From assembly GCF_009914755.1 (NCBI RefSeq), contig NC_060948.1: a DNA stretch of 64,000 bases, one strand, 5' to 3'. Made by a program: the position numbers and the translations under genes. Shown here piece after piece: positions 25,255 through 38,220 of this stretch; position 1 is the stretch's first letter; every line of letters begins with the position of its first letter. The stretch comes from the human T2T-CHM13v2.0 reference genome, Homo sapiens. A model generated the notes under the pieces. The model saw nothing but the letters and a program-made list of their open reading frames with translations, was not told where the DNA came from and did not search any database.

Positions 25255-28200
25255 ATTGGAATCGAACGGAATGGAATGCAATGAAATGGAATGGACTCGA
25301 TCAGAACGGACTGGAGAGGAATGTACACAAATGGAATGGAAACGAAAGGAATGGAATGAAATGGAATGGAATGCAATGGAATTGAAAGGAACGGAATCAA
25401 ATGGAATGGAATGGAATGGAATGGAATGGATTGGAATAGAATGGATTCAAATAAAATAGAATCGATTGCAATGGTATTGAATGGAAGGGACTTGAATGGA
25501 ATGGAAAGCAATGGAAGATATAGGAATCGAATGGCATCGAATGAAATGGAATGGAAAGGAATGGAACGGACCCGAATGGAATGGAATGGACTCAAATATA
25601 ATGGACTCTAATGGAATCGACTGAAGTATAATAGACTCGAAAGGAATGTCCTGAAGCGGAATTTATTTGAATAGAATGGAATCAAATGGAATACAATCGT
25701 ATGGAATGGAATCGAATGGAATGGAATCGAATGGAATGTAATCAAATGGAATGGAACGGAATTCAATATAATGGAGTAGAATGGAATGCATTGGAAAGGA
25801 GCAGAGTGGAATCGAGTGGATTGGAATCGAGTGGAATGGAATCAAAGGGAACGAAATCGAATTGAATGGATTTGAATGGAATTGAGTCGAAAGGAATTGA
25901 CTCGAAAGGAATGGACTGGAACAAAAAGGAATCAAATGGACAGGAATGGAATGGAATGGACTCGAATGGAATGGAGTCAAATGCAAACGCATCGAATGGA
26001 ATGGATTCAAATGGAATACAATTGAATGGAATAGAAAGGAAGAGAATGGAATTGAGAGTAATGGAAAGATATCGATTGGAATGAAAGGGAATGGAAAGGA
26101 ATTGAATGGAAAGGAATGGACTCGAAAGAAATGGATTGGAATGGAATGGTCTCCAATGGAATGGACTGGAGTGGAATGGAATCGAATGGAAAGAAAAGAA
26201 TGGAACGGAATGGAACGGAAAGGAATAGAATGTTATGGAATCCGATTGGACAGAATGCAATGGAATGCAGTTTCATGAAATGGAGTCGAATAGAGTGGCA
26301 TCAAAAGGAATGGAATGGAGTGGACTCAAAAGGAATGGACTCGAAAGGAATGGAGTCGAACCAAATTGAATCAAATGGATTGGAGTCGAACAGAATGGAA
26401 TGGAATGGAATGAACTCGACTGGAGTAGAGAGGAATGAAAAGGAATAGAATGGAATGTAATCAAATGGATTGTAAGTGAATGGAATCAAAAATAATAGAA
26501 AGGAATGGAGTGTAAAGGGATGATATTGAATTAAATGGAATGGAATGGAATTTAATGGAATGGAGTAGAAGGAATGGACAGGAATGTAATGGACTCCAAT
26601 GGAACGGAATGGATCAAAATGTATTTGAACAGATTGGAATCGAACGGAATGGAATGCAATGAAATGGAATGGACTCGATCAGAACGGACTGGAGAGGAAT
26701 GTACACAAATGGAATGGAAACGAAAGGAATGGAATGAAATGGAATGGAATGCAATGGAATTGAAAGGAACGGAATCAAATGGAATGGAATGGAATGGAAT
26801 GGAATGGATTGGAATAGAATGGATTCAAATAAAATAGAATCGATTGCAATGGTATTGAATGGAAGGGACTTGAATGGAATGGAAAGCAATGGAAGATATT
26901 GGAATCGAATGGCATCGAATGAAATGGAATGGAACGGAATGGAACGGACCCGAATGGAATGGAATGGACTCAAATATAATGGACTCTAATGGAATCGACT
27001 GAAGTATAATAGACTCGAAAGGAATGTCCTGAAGCGGAATTTATTTGAATAGAATGGAATCAAATGGAATACAATCGTATGGAATGGAATCGAATGGAAT
27101 GGAATCGAATGGAATGTAATCAAATGGAATGGAACGGAATTCAATATAATGGAGTAGAATGGAATGCATTGGAAAGGAGCAGAGTGGAATCGAGTGGATT
27201 GGAATCGAGTGGAATGGAATCAAAGGGAACGAAATCGAATTGAATGGATTTGAATGGAATTGAGTCGAAAGGAATTGACTCGAAAGGAATGGACTGGAAC
27301 AAAAAGGAATCAAATGGACAGGAATGGAATGGAAGGGACTCGAATGGAATGGAGTCAAATGCAAACGCATCGAATGGAATGGATTCAAATGGAATGCAAT
27401 TGAATGGAATAGAAAGGAAGAGAATGGAATTGAGAGTAATGGAAAGATATCGATTGGAATGAAAGGGAATGGAAAGGAATTGAATGGAAAGGAATGGACT
27501 TGAAAGAAATGGATTGGAATGGAATGGTCTCCAATGGAATGGACTGGAGTGGAATGGAATCGAATGGAAAGAAAAGAATGGAACGGAATGGAACGGAAAG
27601 GAATAGAATGTTATGGAATCCGATTGGACAGAATGCAATGGAATGCAGTTTCATGAAATGGAGTCGAATAGAGTGGCATCAAAAGGAATGGAATGGAGTG
27701 GACTCAAAAGGAATGGACTCGAAAGGAATGGAGTCGAACCAAATTGAATCAAATGGATTGGAGTCGAACAGAATGGAATGGAATGGAATGAACTCGACTG
27801 GAGTAGAGAGGAATGAAAAGGAATAGAATGGAATGTAATCAAATGGATTGCAAGTGAATGGAATCAAAAATAATAGAAAGGAATGGAGTGTAAAGGGATG
27901 ATATTGAATTAAATGGAATGGAATGGAATTTAATGGAATGGAGTCGAAGGAATGGACAGGAATGTAATGGACTCCAATGGAATGGAATGGATCAAAATGG
28001 ATTTGAACAGATTGGAATCGAACGGAATGGAATGCAATGAAATGGAATGGACTCGATCAGAACGGACTGGAGAGGAATGTACACAAATGGAATGGAAACG
28101 AAAGGAATGGAATGAAATGGAATGGAATGCAATGGAATTGAAAGGAACGGAATCAAATGGAATGGAATGGAATGGAATGGATTGGAATAGAATGGATTCA

Positions 28201-28995
28201 AATAAAATAGAATCGATTGCAATGGTATTGAATGGAAGGGACTTGAATGGAATGGAAAGCAATGGAAGATATTGGAATCGAATGGCATCGAATGAAATGG
28301 AATGGAACGGAATGGAACGGACCCGAATGGAATGGAATGGACTCAAATGTAATGGACTCGAATGGAATCGACTGAAATATAATAGACTCGAAAGGAATGG
28401 CCTCGAGCGGAATTTATTTGAATAGAATGGAATAAAATGGAGTACAATCGTATGGAATGGAATCGATTGGAATGGAATCGAATGGAATGTAATCAAATGG
28501 AATGGAACGGAATTCAATATAATGGAGTAGAATGGAATGCATTGGAAAGGAGCAGAGTGGAATCGAGTGGATTGGAATCGAGTGGAATGGAATCAAAGGG
28601 AACGAAATCGAATTGAATGGACTTGAATGGAATTGAGTCGAAAGGAATTGACTCGAAAGGAATGGACTGGAACAAAAAGGAATCAAATGGACAGGAATGG
28701 AATGGAATGGACTCGAATGGAATGGAGTCAAATGCAAACGCATCGAATGGAATGGATTCAAATGGAATGCAATTGAATGGAATAGAAAGGAAGAGAATGG
28801 AATTGAGAGTAATGGAAAGATATCGATTGGAATGAAATGGAATGGAAAGGAATTGAATGGAAAGGAATGGACTCGAAAGAAATGGATTGGAATGGAATGG
28901 TCTCCAATGGAATGGACTGGAGTGGAATGCAATCGAATGGAAAGAAAAGAATGGAACGGAATGGAACGGAAAGGAATAGAATGTTATGGAATCCG
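25255..28995 (+). repeat. Copy 2 of the ~3.7-kb block (offset 13755 bp)
   Basis: Same markers as copy 1 and the same 1378-1378-1373 unit-length pattern. Boundaries are approximate. Confidence 0.8.
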
Positions 28996-30449
28996 ATTGG
29001 ACAGAATGGAATGGAATGCAGTTTCATGAAATGGAGTCGAATAGAGTGGCATCAAAAGGAATGGAATGGAGTGGACTCAAAAGGAATGGACTCGAAAGGA
29101 ATGGAGTCGAACCAAATTGAATCAAATGGATTGGAGTCGAACAGAATGGAATGGAATGGAATGAACTCGACTGGAGTAGAGAGGAATGAAAAGGAATAGA
29201 ATGGAATGTAATCAAATGGATTGCAAGTGAATGGAATCAAAAATAATAGAAAGGAATGGAGTGTAAAGGGATGATATTGAATTAAATGGAATGGAATGGA
29301 ATTTAATGGAATGGAGTCGAAGGAATGGACAGGAATGTAATGGACTCCAATGGAATGGAATGGATCAAAATGGATTTGAACAGATTGGAATCGAACGGAA
29401 TGGAATGCAATGAAATGGAATGGACTCGATCAGAACGGACTGGAGAGGAATGTACACAAATGGAATGGAAACGAAAGGAATGGAATGAAATGGAATGGAA
29501 TGCAATGGAATTGAAAGGAACGGAATCAAATGGAATGGAATGGAATGGAATGGATTGGAATAGAATGGATTCAAATAAAATAGAATCGATTGCAATGGTA
29601 TTGAATGGAAGGGACTTGAATGGAATGGAAAGCAATGGAAGATATTGGAATCGAATGGCATCGAATGAAATGGAATGGAACGGAATGGAACGGACCCGAA
29701 TGGAATGGAATGCACTCAAATGTAATGGACTCGAATGGAATCGACTGAAATATAATAGACTCGAAAGGAATGGCCTCGAGCGGAATTTATTTGAATAGAA
29801 TGGAATCAAATGGAATTCAATGGTATAGAATGCAATCGAATGGAATGGAAACGAACGGAATGTAATCAAATGGAATGGAACGGAATTCAATATAATGGAG
29901 TAGAATGGAATGCATTGGAAAGGAGCAGAGTGGAATCGAGTGGATTGGAATCGAGTGGAATGGAATCAAAGGGAACGAAATCGAATTGAATGGACTTGAG
30001 TGGAATTGAGTCGAAAGGAATTGACTCGAAAGGAATGGACTGGAACAAAAAGGAATCAAATGGACAGGAATGGAATGCAATGGACTCGAATGGAATGGAG
30101 TCAAATGCAAACGCATCGAATGGAATGGATTCAAATGGAATGCAATTGAATGGAATAGAAAGGAAGAGAATGGAATTGAGAGTAATGGAAAGATATCGAT
30201 TGGATTGAAATGGAATGGAAAGGAATTGAATGGAAAGGAATGGACTCGAAAGAAATGGATTGGAATGGAATGGTCTCCAATGGAATGGACTGGAGTGGAA
30301 TGCAATCGAATGGAAAGAAAAGAATGGAACGGAATGGAACGGAAAGGAATAGAATGTTATGGAATCCGATTGAACAGAATGGAATGGAATGCAGTTTCAT
30401 GAAATGGAGTCGAATATAGTGGCATCAAAAGGAATGGAATGGAGTGGAC

Positions 30450-33400
30450 TCAAAAGGAATGGACTCGAAAGGAATGGAGTCGAACCAAATTGAATCAAAT
30501 GGATTGGAGTCGAACAGAATGGAATGGAATGGAATGAACTCGACTGGAGTAGAGAGGAATGAAAAGGAATAGAATGGAATGTAATCAAATGGATTGCAAG
30601 TGAATGGAATCAAAAATAATAGAAAGGAATGGAGTGTAAAGGGATGATATTGAATTAAATGGAATGGAATGGAATTTAATGGAATGGAGTCGAAGGAATG
30701 GACAGGAATGTAATGGACTCCAATGGAATGGAATGGATCAAAATGGATTTGAACAGATTGGAATCGAACGGAATGGAATGCAATGAAATGGAATGGACTC
30801 GATCAGAACGGACTGGAGAGGAATGTACACAAATGGAATGGAAACGAAAGGAATGGAATGAAATGGAATGGAATGCAATGGAATTGAAAGGAACGGAATC
30901 AAATGGAATGGAATGGAATGGAATGGAATGGATTGGAATAGAATGGATTCAAATAAAATAGAATCGATTGCAATGGTATTGAATGGAAGGGACTTGAATG
31001 GAATGGAAAGCAATGGAAGATATTGGAATCGAATGGCATCGAATGAAATGGAATGGAACGGAATGGAACGGACCCGAATGGAATGGAATGGACTCAAATG
31101 TAATGGATTCGAATGGAATCGACTGAAATATAATAGACTCGAAAGGAATGGCCTCGAGCGGAATTTATTTGAATAGAATGGAATCAAATGGAATACAATA
31201 GTATAGAATGGAATCGAATGGAATGGAATCGAATGGAATGTAATCAAATGGAATGGAACGGAATTCAATATAATGGAGTAGAATGGAATGCATTGGAAAG
31301 GAGCAGAGTGGAATCGAGTGGATTGGAATCGAGTGGAATGGAATCAAAGGGAACGAAATCGAATTGAATGGACTTGAATGGAATTGAGTCGAAAGGAATT
31401 GACTCGAAAGGAATGGACTGGAACAAAAAGGAATCAAATGGACAGGAATGGAATGGAATGGACTCGAATGGAATGGAGTCAAATGCAAACGCATCGAATG
31501 GAATGGATTCAAATGGAATGCAATTGAATGGAATAGAAAGGAAGAGAATGGAATTGAGAGTAATGGAAAGATATCGATTGGAATGAAATGGAATGGAAAG
31601 GAATTGAATGGAAAGGAATGGACTCGAAAGAAATGGATTGGAATGGAATGGTCTCCAATGGAATGGACTGGAGTGGAATGCAATCGAATGGAAAGAAAAG
31701 AATGGAACGGAATGGAATGGAAAGGAATAGAATGTTATGGAATCCGATTGAACAGAATGGAATGGAATGCAGTTTCATGAAATGGAGTCGAATATAGTGG
31801 CATCAAAAGGAATGGAATGGAGTGGACTCAAAAGGAATGGACTCGAAAGGAATGGAGTCGAACCAAATTGAATCAAATGGATTGGAGTCGAACAGAATGG
31901 AATGGAATGGAATGAACTCGACTGGAGTAGAGAGGAATGAAAAGGAATAGAATGGAATGTAATCAAATGGATTGCAAGTGAATGGAATCAAAAATAATAG
32001 AAAGGAATGGACTGTAAAGGGATGATATTGAATTAAATGGAATGGAATGGAATTTAATGGAATGGAGTCGAAGGAATGGACAGGAATGTAATGGACTCCA
32101 ATGGAATGGAATGGATCAAAATGGATTTGAACAGATTGGAATCGAACGGAATGGAATGTAATGAAATGGAATGGACTCGATCAGAACGGACTGGAGAGGA
32201 ATGTACACAAATGGAATGGAAACGAAAGGAATGGAATGAAATGGAATGGAATGCAATGGAATTGAAAGGAACGGAATCAAATGGAATGGAATGGAATGGA
32301 ATGGATTGGAATAGAATGGATTCAAATAAAATAGAATCGATTGCAATGGTATTGAATGGAAGGGACTTGAATGGAATGGAAAGCAATGGAAGATATTGGA
32401 ATCGAATGGCATCGAATGAAATGGAATGGAACGGAATGGAACGGACCCGAATGGAATGGAATGGACTCAAATGTAATGGACTCGAATGGAATCGACTGAA
32501 ATATAATAGACTCGAAAGGAATGGCCTCGAGCGGAATTTATTTGAATAGAATGGAATAAAATGGAGTACAATCGTATGGAATGGAATCGATTGGAATGGA
32601 ATCGAATGGAATGTAATCAAATGGAATGGAACGGAATTCAATATAATGGAGTAGAATGGAATGCATTGGAAAGGAGCAGAGTGGAATCGAGTGGATTGGA
32701 ATCGAGTGGAATGGAATCAAAGGGAACGAAATCGAATTGAATGGACTTGAATGGAATTGAGTCGAAAGGAATTGACTCGAAAGGAATGGACTGGAACAAA
32801 AAGGAATCAAATGGACAGGAATGGAATGGAATGGACTCGAATGGAATGGTGTCAAATGCAAACGCATCGAATGGAATGGATTCAAATGGAATGCAATTGA
32901 ATGGAACAGAAAGGAAGAGAATGGAATTGAGAGTAATGGAAAGATATCGTTTGGAATGAAATGGAATGGAAAGGAATTGAATGGAAAGGAATGGACTCGA
33001 AAGAAATGGATTGGAATGGAATGGTCTCCAATGGAATGGACTGGAGTGGAATGCAATCGAATGGAAAGAAAAGAATGGAACGGAATGGAACGGAAAGGAA
33101 TAGAATGTTATGGAATCCGATTGGACAGAATGGAATGGAATGCAGTTTCATGAAATGGAGTCGAATAGAGTGGCATCAAAAGGAATGGAATGGAGTGGAC
33201 TCAAAAGGAATGGACTCGAAAGGAATGGAGTCGAACCAAATTGAATCAAATGGATTGGAGTCGAACAGAATGGAATGGAATGGAATGAACTCGACTGGAG
33301 TAGAGAGGAATGAAAAGGAATAGAATGGAATGTAATCAAATGGATTGCAAGTGAATGGAATCAAAAATAATAGAAAGGAATGGAGTGTAAAGGGATGATA

Positions 33401-36400
33401 TTGAATTAAATGGAATGGAATGGAATTTAATGGAATGGAGTCGAAGGAATGGACAGGAATGTAATGGACTCCAATGGAATGGAATGGATCAAAATGGATT
33501 TGAACAGATTGGAATCGAACGGAATGGAATGCAATGAAATGGAATGGACTCGATCAGAACGGACTGGAGAGGAATGTACACAAATGGAATGGAAACGAAA
33601 GGAATGGAAAGAAATGGAATGGAATGCAATGGAATTGAAAGGAACGGAATCAAATGGAATGGAATGGAATGGAATGGATTGGAATAGAATGGATTCAAAT
33701 AAAATAGAATCGATTGCAATGGTATTGAATGGAAGGGACTTGAATGGAATGGAAAGCAATGGAAGATATTGGAATCGAATGGCATCGAATGAAATGGAAT
33801 GGAACGGAATGGAACGGACCCGAATGGAATGGAATGGACTCAAATGTAATGGACTCGAATGGAATCGACTGAAATATAATAGACTCGAAAGGAATGGCCT
33901 CGAGCGGAATTTATTTGAATAGAATGGAATCAAATGGAATACAATGGTATAGAATGGAATCGAATGGAATGGAATCGAATGGAATGTAATCAAATGGAAT
34001 GGAACGGAATTCAATATAATGGAGTAGAATGGAATGCATTGGAAAGGAGCAGAGTGGAATCGAGTGGATTGGAATCGAGTGGAATGGAATCAAAGGGAAC
34101 GAAATCGAATTGAATGGACTTGAATGGAATTGAGTCGAAAGGAATTGACTCGAAAGGAATGGACTGGAACAAAAAGGAATCAAATGGACAGGAATGGAAT
34201 GGAATGGACTCGAATGGAATGGAGTCAAATGCAAACGCATCGAATGGAATGGATTCAAATGGAATGCAATTGAATGGAATAGAAAGGAAGAGAATGGAAT
34301 TGAGAGTAATGGAAAGATATCGATTGGAATGAAATGGAATGGAAAGGAATTGAATGGAAAGGAATGGACTCGAAAGAAATGGATTGGAATGGAATGGTCT
34401 CCAATGGAATGGACTGGAGTGGAATGCAATCGAATGGAAAGAAAAGAATGGAACGGAATGGAACGGAAAGGAATAGAATGTTATGGAATCCGATTGAACA
34501 GAATGGAATGGAATGCAGTTTCATGAAATGGAGTCGAATATAGTGGCATCAAAAGGAATGGAATGGAATGGACTCAAAAGGAATGGACTCGAAAGGAATG
34601 GAGTCGAACCAAATTGAATCAAATGGATTGGAGTCGAACAGAATGGAATGGAATGGAATGAACTCGACTGGAGTAGAGAGGAATGAAAAGGAATAGAATG
34701 GAATGTAATCAAATGGATTGCAAGTGAATGGAATCAAAAATAATAGAAAGGAATGGAGTGTAAAGGGATGATATTGAATTAAATGGAATGGAATGGAATT
34801 TAATGGAATGGAGTCGAAGGAATGGACAGGAATGTAATGGACTCCAATGGAATGGAATGGATCAAAATGGATTTGAACAGATTGGAATCGAACGGAATGG
34901 AATGCAATGAAATGGAATGGACTCGATCAGAACGGACTGGAGAGGAATGTACACAAATGGAATGGAAACGAAAGGAATGGAATGAAATGGAATGGAATGC
35001 AATGGAATTGAAAGGAACGGAATCAAATGGAATGGAATGGAATGGAATGGAATGGATTGGAATAGAATGGATTCAAATAAAATAGAATCGATTGCAATGG
35101 TATTGAATGGAAGGGACTTGAATGGAATGGAAAGCAATGGAAGATATTGGAATCGAATGGCATCGAATGAAATGGAATGGAACGGAATGGAACGGACCCG
35201 AATGGAATGGAATGGACTCAAATGTAATGGATTCGAATGGAATCGACTGAAATATAATAGACTCGAAAGGAATGGCCTCGAGCGGAATTTATTTGAATAG
35301 AATGGAATCAAATGGAATACAATAGTATAGAATGGAATCGAATGGAATGGAATCGAATGGAATGTAATCAAATGGAATGGAACGGAATTCAATATAATGG
35401 AGTAGAATGGAATGCATTGGAAAGGAGCAGAGTGGAATCGAGTGGATTGGAATCGAGTGGAATGGAATCAAAGGGAACGAAATCGAATTGAATGGACTTG
35501 AATGGAATTGAGTCGAAAGGAATTGACTCGAAAGGAATGGACTGGAACAAAAAGGAATCAAATGGACAGGAATGGAATGGAATGGACTCGAATGGAATGG
35601 AGTCAAATGCAAACGCATCGAATGGAATGGATTCAAATGGAATGCAATTGAATGGAATAGAAAGGAAGAGAATGGAATTGAGAGTAATGGAAAGATATCG
35701 ATTGGAATGAAATGGAATGGAAAGGAATTGAATGGAAAGGAATGGACTCGAAAGAAATGGATTGGAATGGAATGGTCTCCAATGGAATGGACTGGAGTGG
35801 AATGCAATCGAATGGAAAGAAAAGAATGGAACGGAATGGAATGGAAAGGAATAGAATGTTATGGAATCCGATTGAACAGAATGGAATGGAATGCAGTTTC
35901 ATGAAATGGAGTCGAATATAGTGGCATCAAAAGGAATGGAATGGAGTGGACTCAAAAGGAATGGACTCGAAAGGAATGGAGTCGAACCAAATTGAATCAA
36001 ATGGATTGGAGTCGAACAGAATGGAATGGAATGGAATGAACTCGACTGGAGTAGAGAGGAATGAAAAGGAATAGAATGGAATGTAATCAAATGGATTGCA
36101 AGTGAATGGAATCAAAAATAATAGAAAGGAATGGACTGTAAAGGGATGATATTGAATTAAATGGAATGGAATGGAATTTAATGGAATGGAGTCGAAGGAA
36201 TGGACAGGAATGTAATGGACTCCAATGGAATGGAATGGATCAAAATGGATTTGAACAGATTGGAATCGAACGGAATGGAATGTAATGAAATGGAATGGAC
36301 TCGATCAGAACGGACTGGAGAGGAATGTACACAAATGGAATGGAAACGAAAGGAATGGAATGAAATGGAATGGAATGCAATGGAATTGAAAGGAACGGAA

Positions 36401-38220
36401 TCAAATGGAATGGAATGGAATGGAATGGATTGGAATAGAATGGATTCAAATAAAATAGAATCGATTGCAATGGTATTGAATGGAAGGGACTTGAATGGAA
36501 TGGAAAGCAATGGAAGATATTGGAATCGAATGGCATCGAATGAAATGGAATGGAACGGAATGGAACGGACCCGAATGGAATGGAATGGACTCAAATGTAA
36601 TGGACTCGAATGGAATCGACTGAAATATAATAGACTCGAAAGGAATGGCCTCGAGCGGAATTTATTTGAATAGAATGGAATAAAATGGAGTACAATCGTA
36701 TGGAATGGAATCGATTGGAATGGAATCGAATGGAATGTAATCAAATGGAATGGAACGGAATTCAATATAATGGAGTAGAATGGAATGCATTGGAAAGGAG
36801 CAGAGTGGAATCGAGTGGATTGGAATCGAGTGGAATGGAATCAAAGGGAACGAAATCGAATTGAATGGACTTGAATGGAATTGAGTCGAAAGGAATTGAC
36901 TCGAAAGGAATGGACTGGAACAAAAAGGAATCAAATGGACAGGAATGGAATGGAATGGACTCGAATGGAATGGTGTCAAATGCAAACGCATCGAATGGAA
37001 TGGATTCAAATGGAATGCAATTGAATGGAACAGAAAGGAAGAGAATGGAATTGAGAGTAATGGAAAGATATCGTTTGGAATGAAATGGAATGGAAAGGAA
37101 TTGAATGGAAAGGAATGGACTCGAAAGAAATGGATTGGAATGGAATGGTCTCCAATGGAATGGACTGGAGTGGAATGCAATCGAATGGAAAGAAAAGAAT
37201 GGAACGGAATGGAACGGAAAGGAATAGAATGTTATGGAATCCGATTGGACAGAATGGAATGGAATGCAGTTTCATGAAATGGAGTCGAATAGAGTGGCAT
37301 CAAAAGGAATGGAATGGAGTGGACTCAAAAGGAATGGACTCGAAAGGAATGGAGTCGAACCAAATTGAATCAAATGGATTGGAGTCGAACAGAATGGAAT
37401 GGAATGGAATGAACTCGACTGGAGTAGAGAGGAATGAAAAGGAATAGAATGGAATGTAATCAAATGGATTGCAAGTGAATGGAATCAAAAATAATAGAAA
37501 GGAATGGAGTGTAAAGGGATGATATTGAATTAAATGGAATGGAATGGAATTTAATGGAATGGAGTCGAAGGAATGGACAGGAATGTAATGGACTCCAATG
37601 GAATGGAATGGATCAAAATGGATTTGAACAGATTGGAATCGAACGGAATGGAATGCAATGAAATGGAATGGACTCGATCAGAACGGACTGGAGAGGAATG
37701 TACACAAATGGAATGGAAACGAAAGGAATGGAAAGAAATGGAATGGAATGCAATGGAATTGAAAGGAACGGAATCAAATGGAATGGAATGGAATGGAATG
37801 GATTGGAATAGAATGGATTCAAATAAAATAGAATCGATTGCAATGGTATTGAATGGAAGGGACTTGAATGGAATGGAAAGCAATGGAAGATATTGGAATC
37901 GAATGGCATCGAATGAAATGGAATGGAACGGAATGGAACGGACCCGAATGGAATGGAATGGACTCAAATGTAATGGACTCGAATGGAATCGACTGAAATA
38001 TAATAGACTCGAAAGGAATGGCCTCGAGCGGAATTTATTTGAATAGAATGGAATCAAATGGAATACAATGGTATAGAATGGAATCGAATGGAATGGAATC
38101 GAATGGAATGTAATCAAATGGAATGGAACGGAATTCAATATAATGGAGTAGAATGGAATGCATTGGAAAGGAGCAGAGTGGAATCGAGTGGATTGGAATC
38201 GAGTGGAATGGAATCAAAGG
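30450..38220 (+). repeat. Local 4124-bp (three-unit: 1378+1373+1373) higher-order duplication
   Basis: Private variants recur at an offset of 4124: 32012/36136 (ggaCtgtaaag), 32850/36974 (ggTgtcaaat), 32907/37031 (ggaaCagaaagg), 32950/37074 (atcgTttgg) and 33610/37734 (ggaaAgaaat). Confidence 0.9.
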
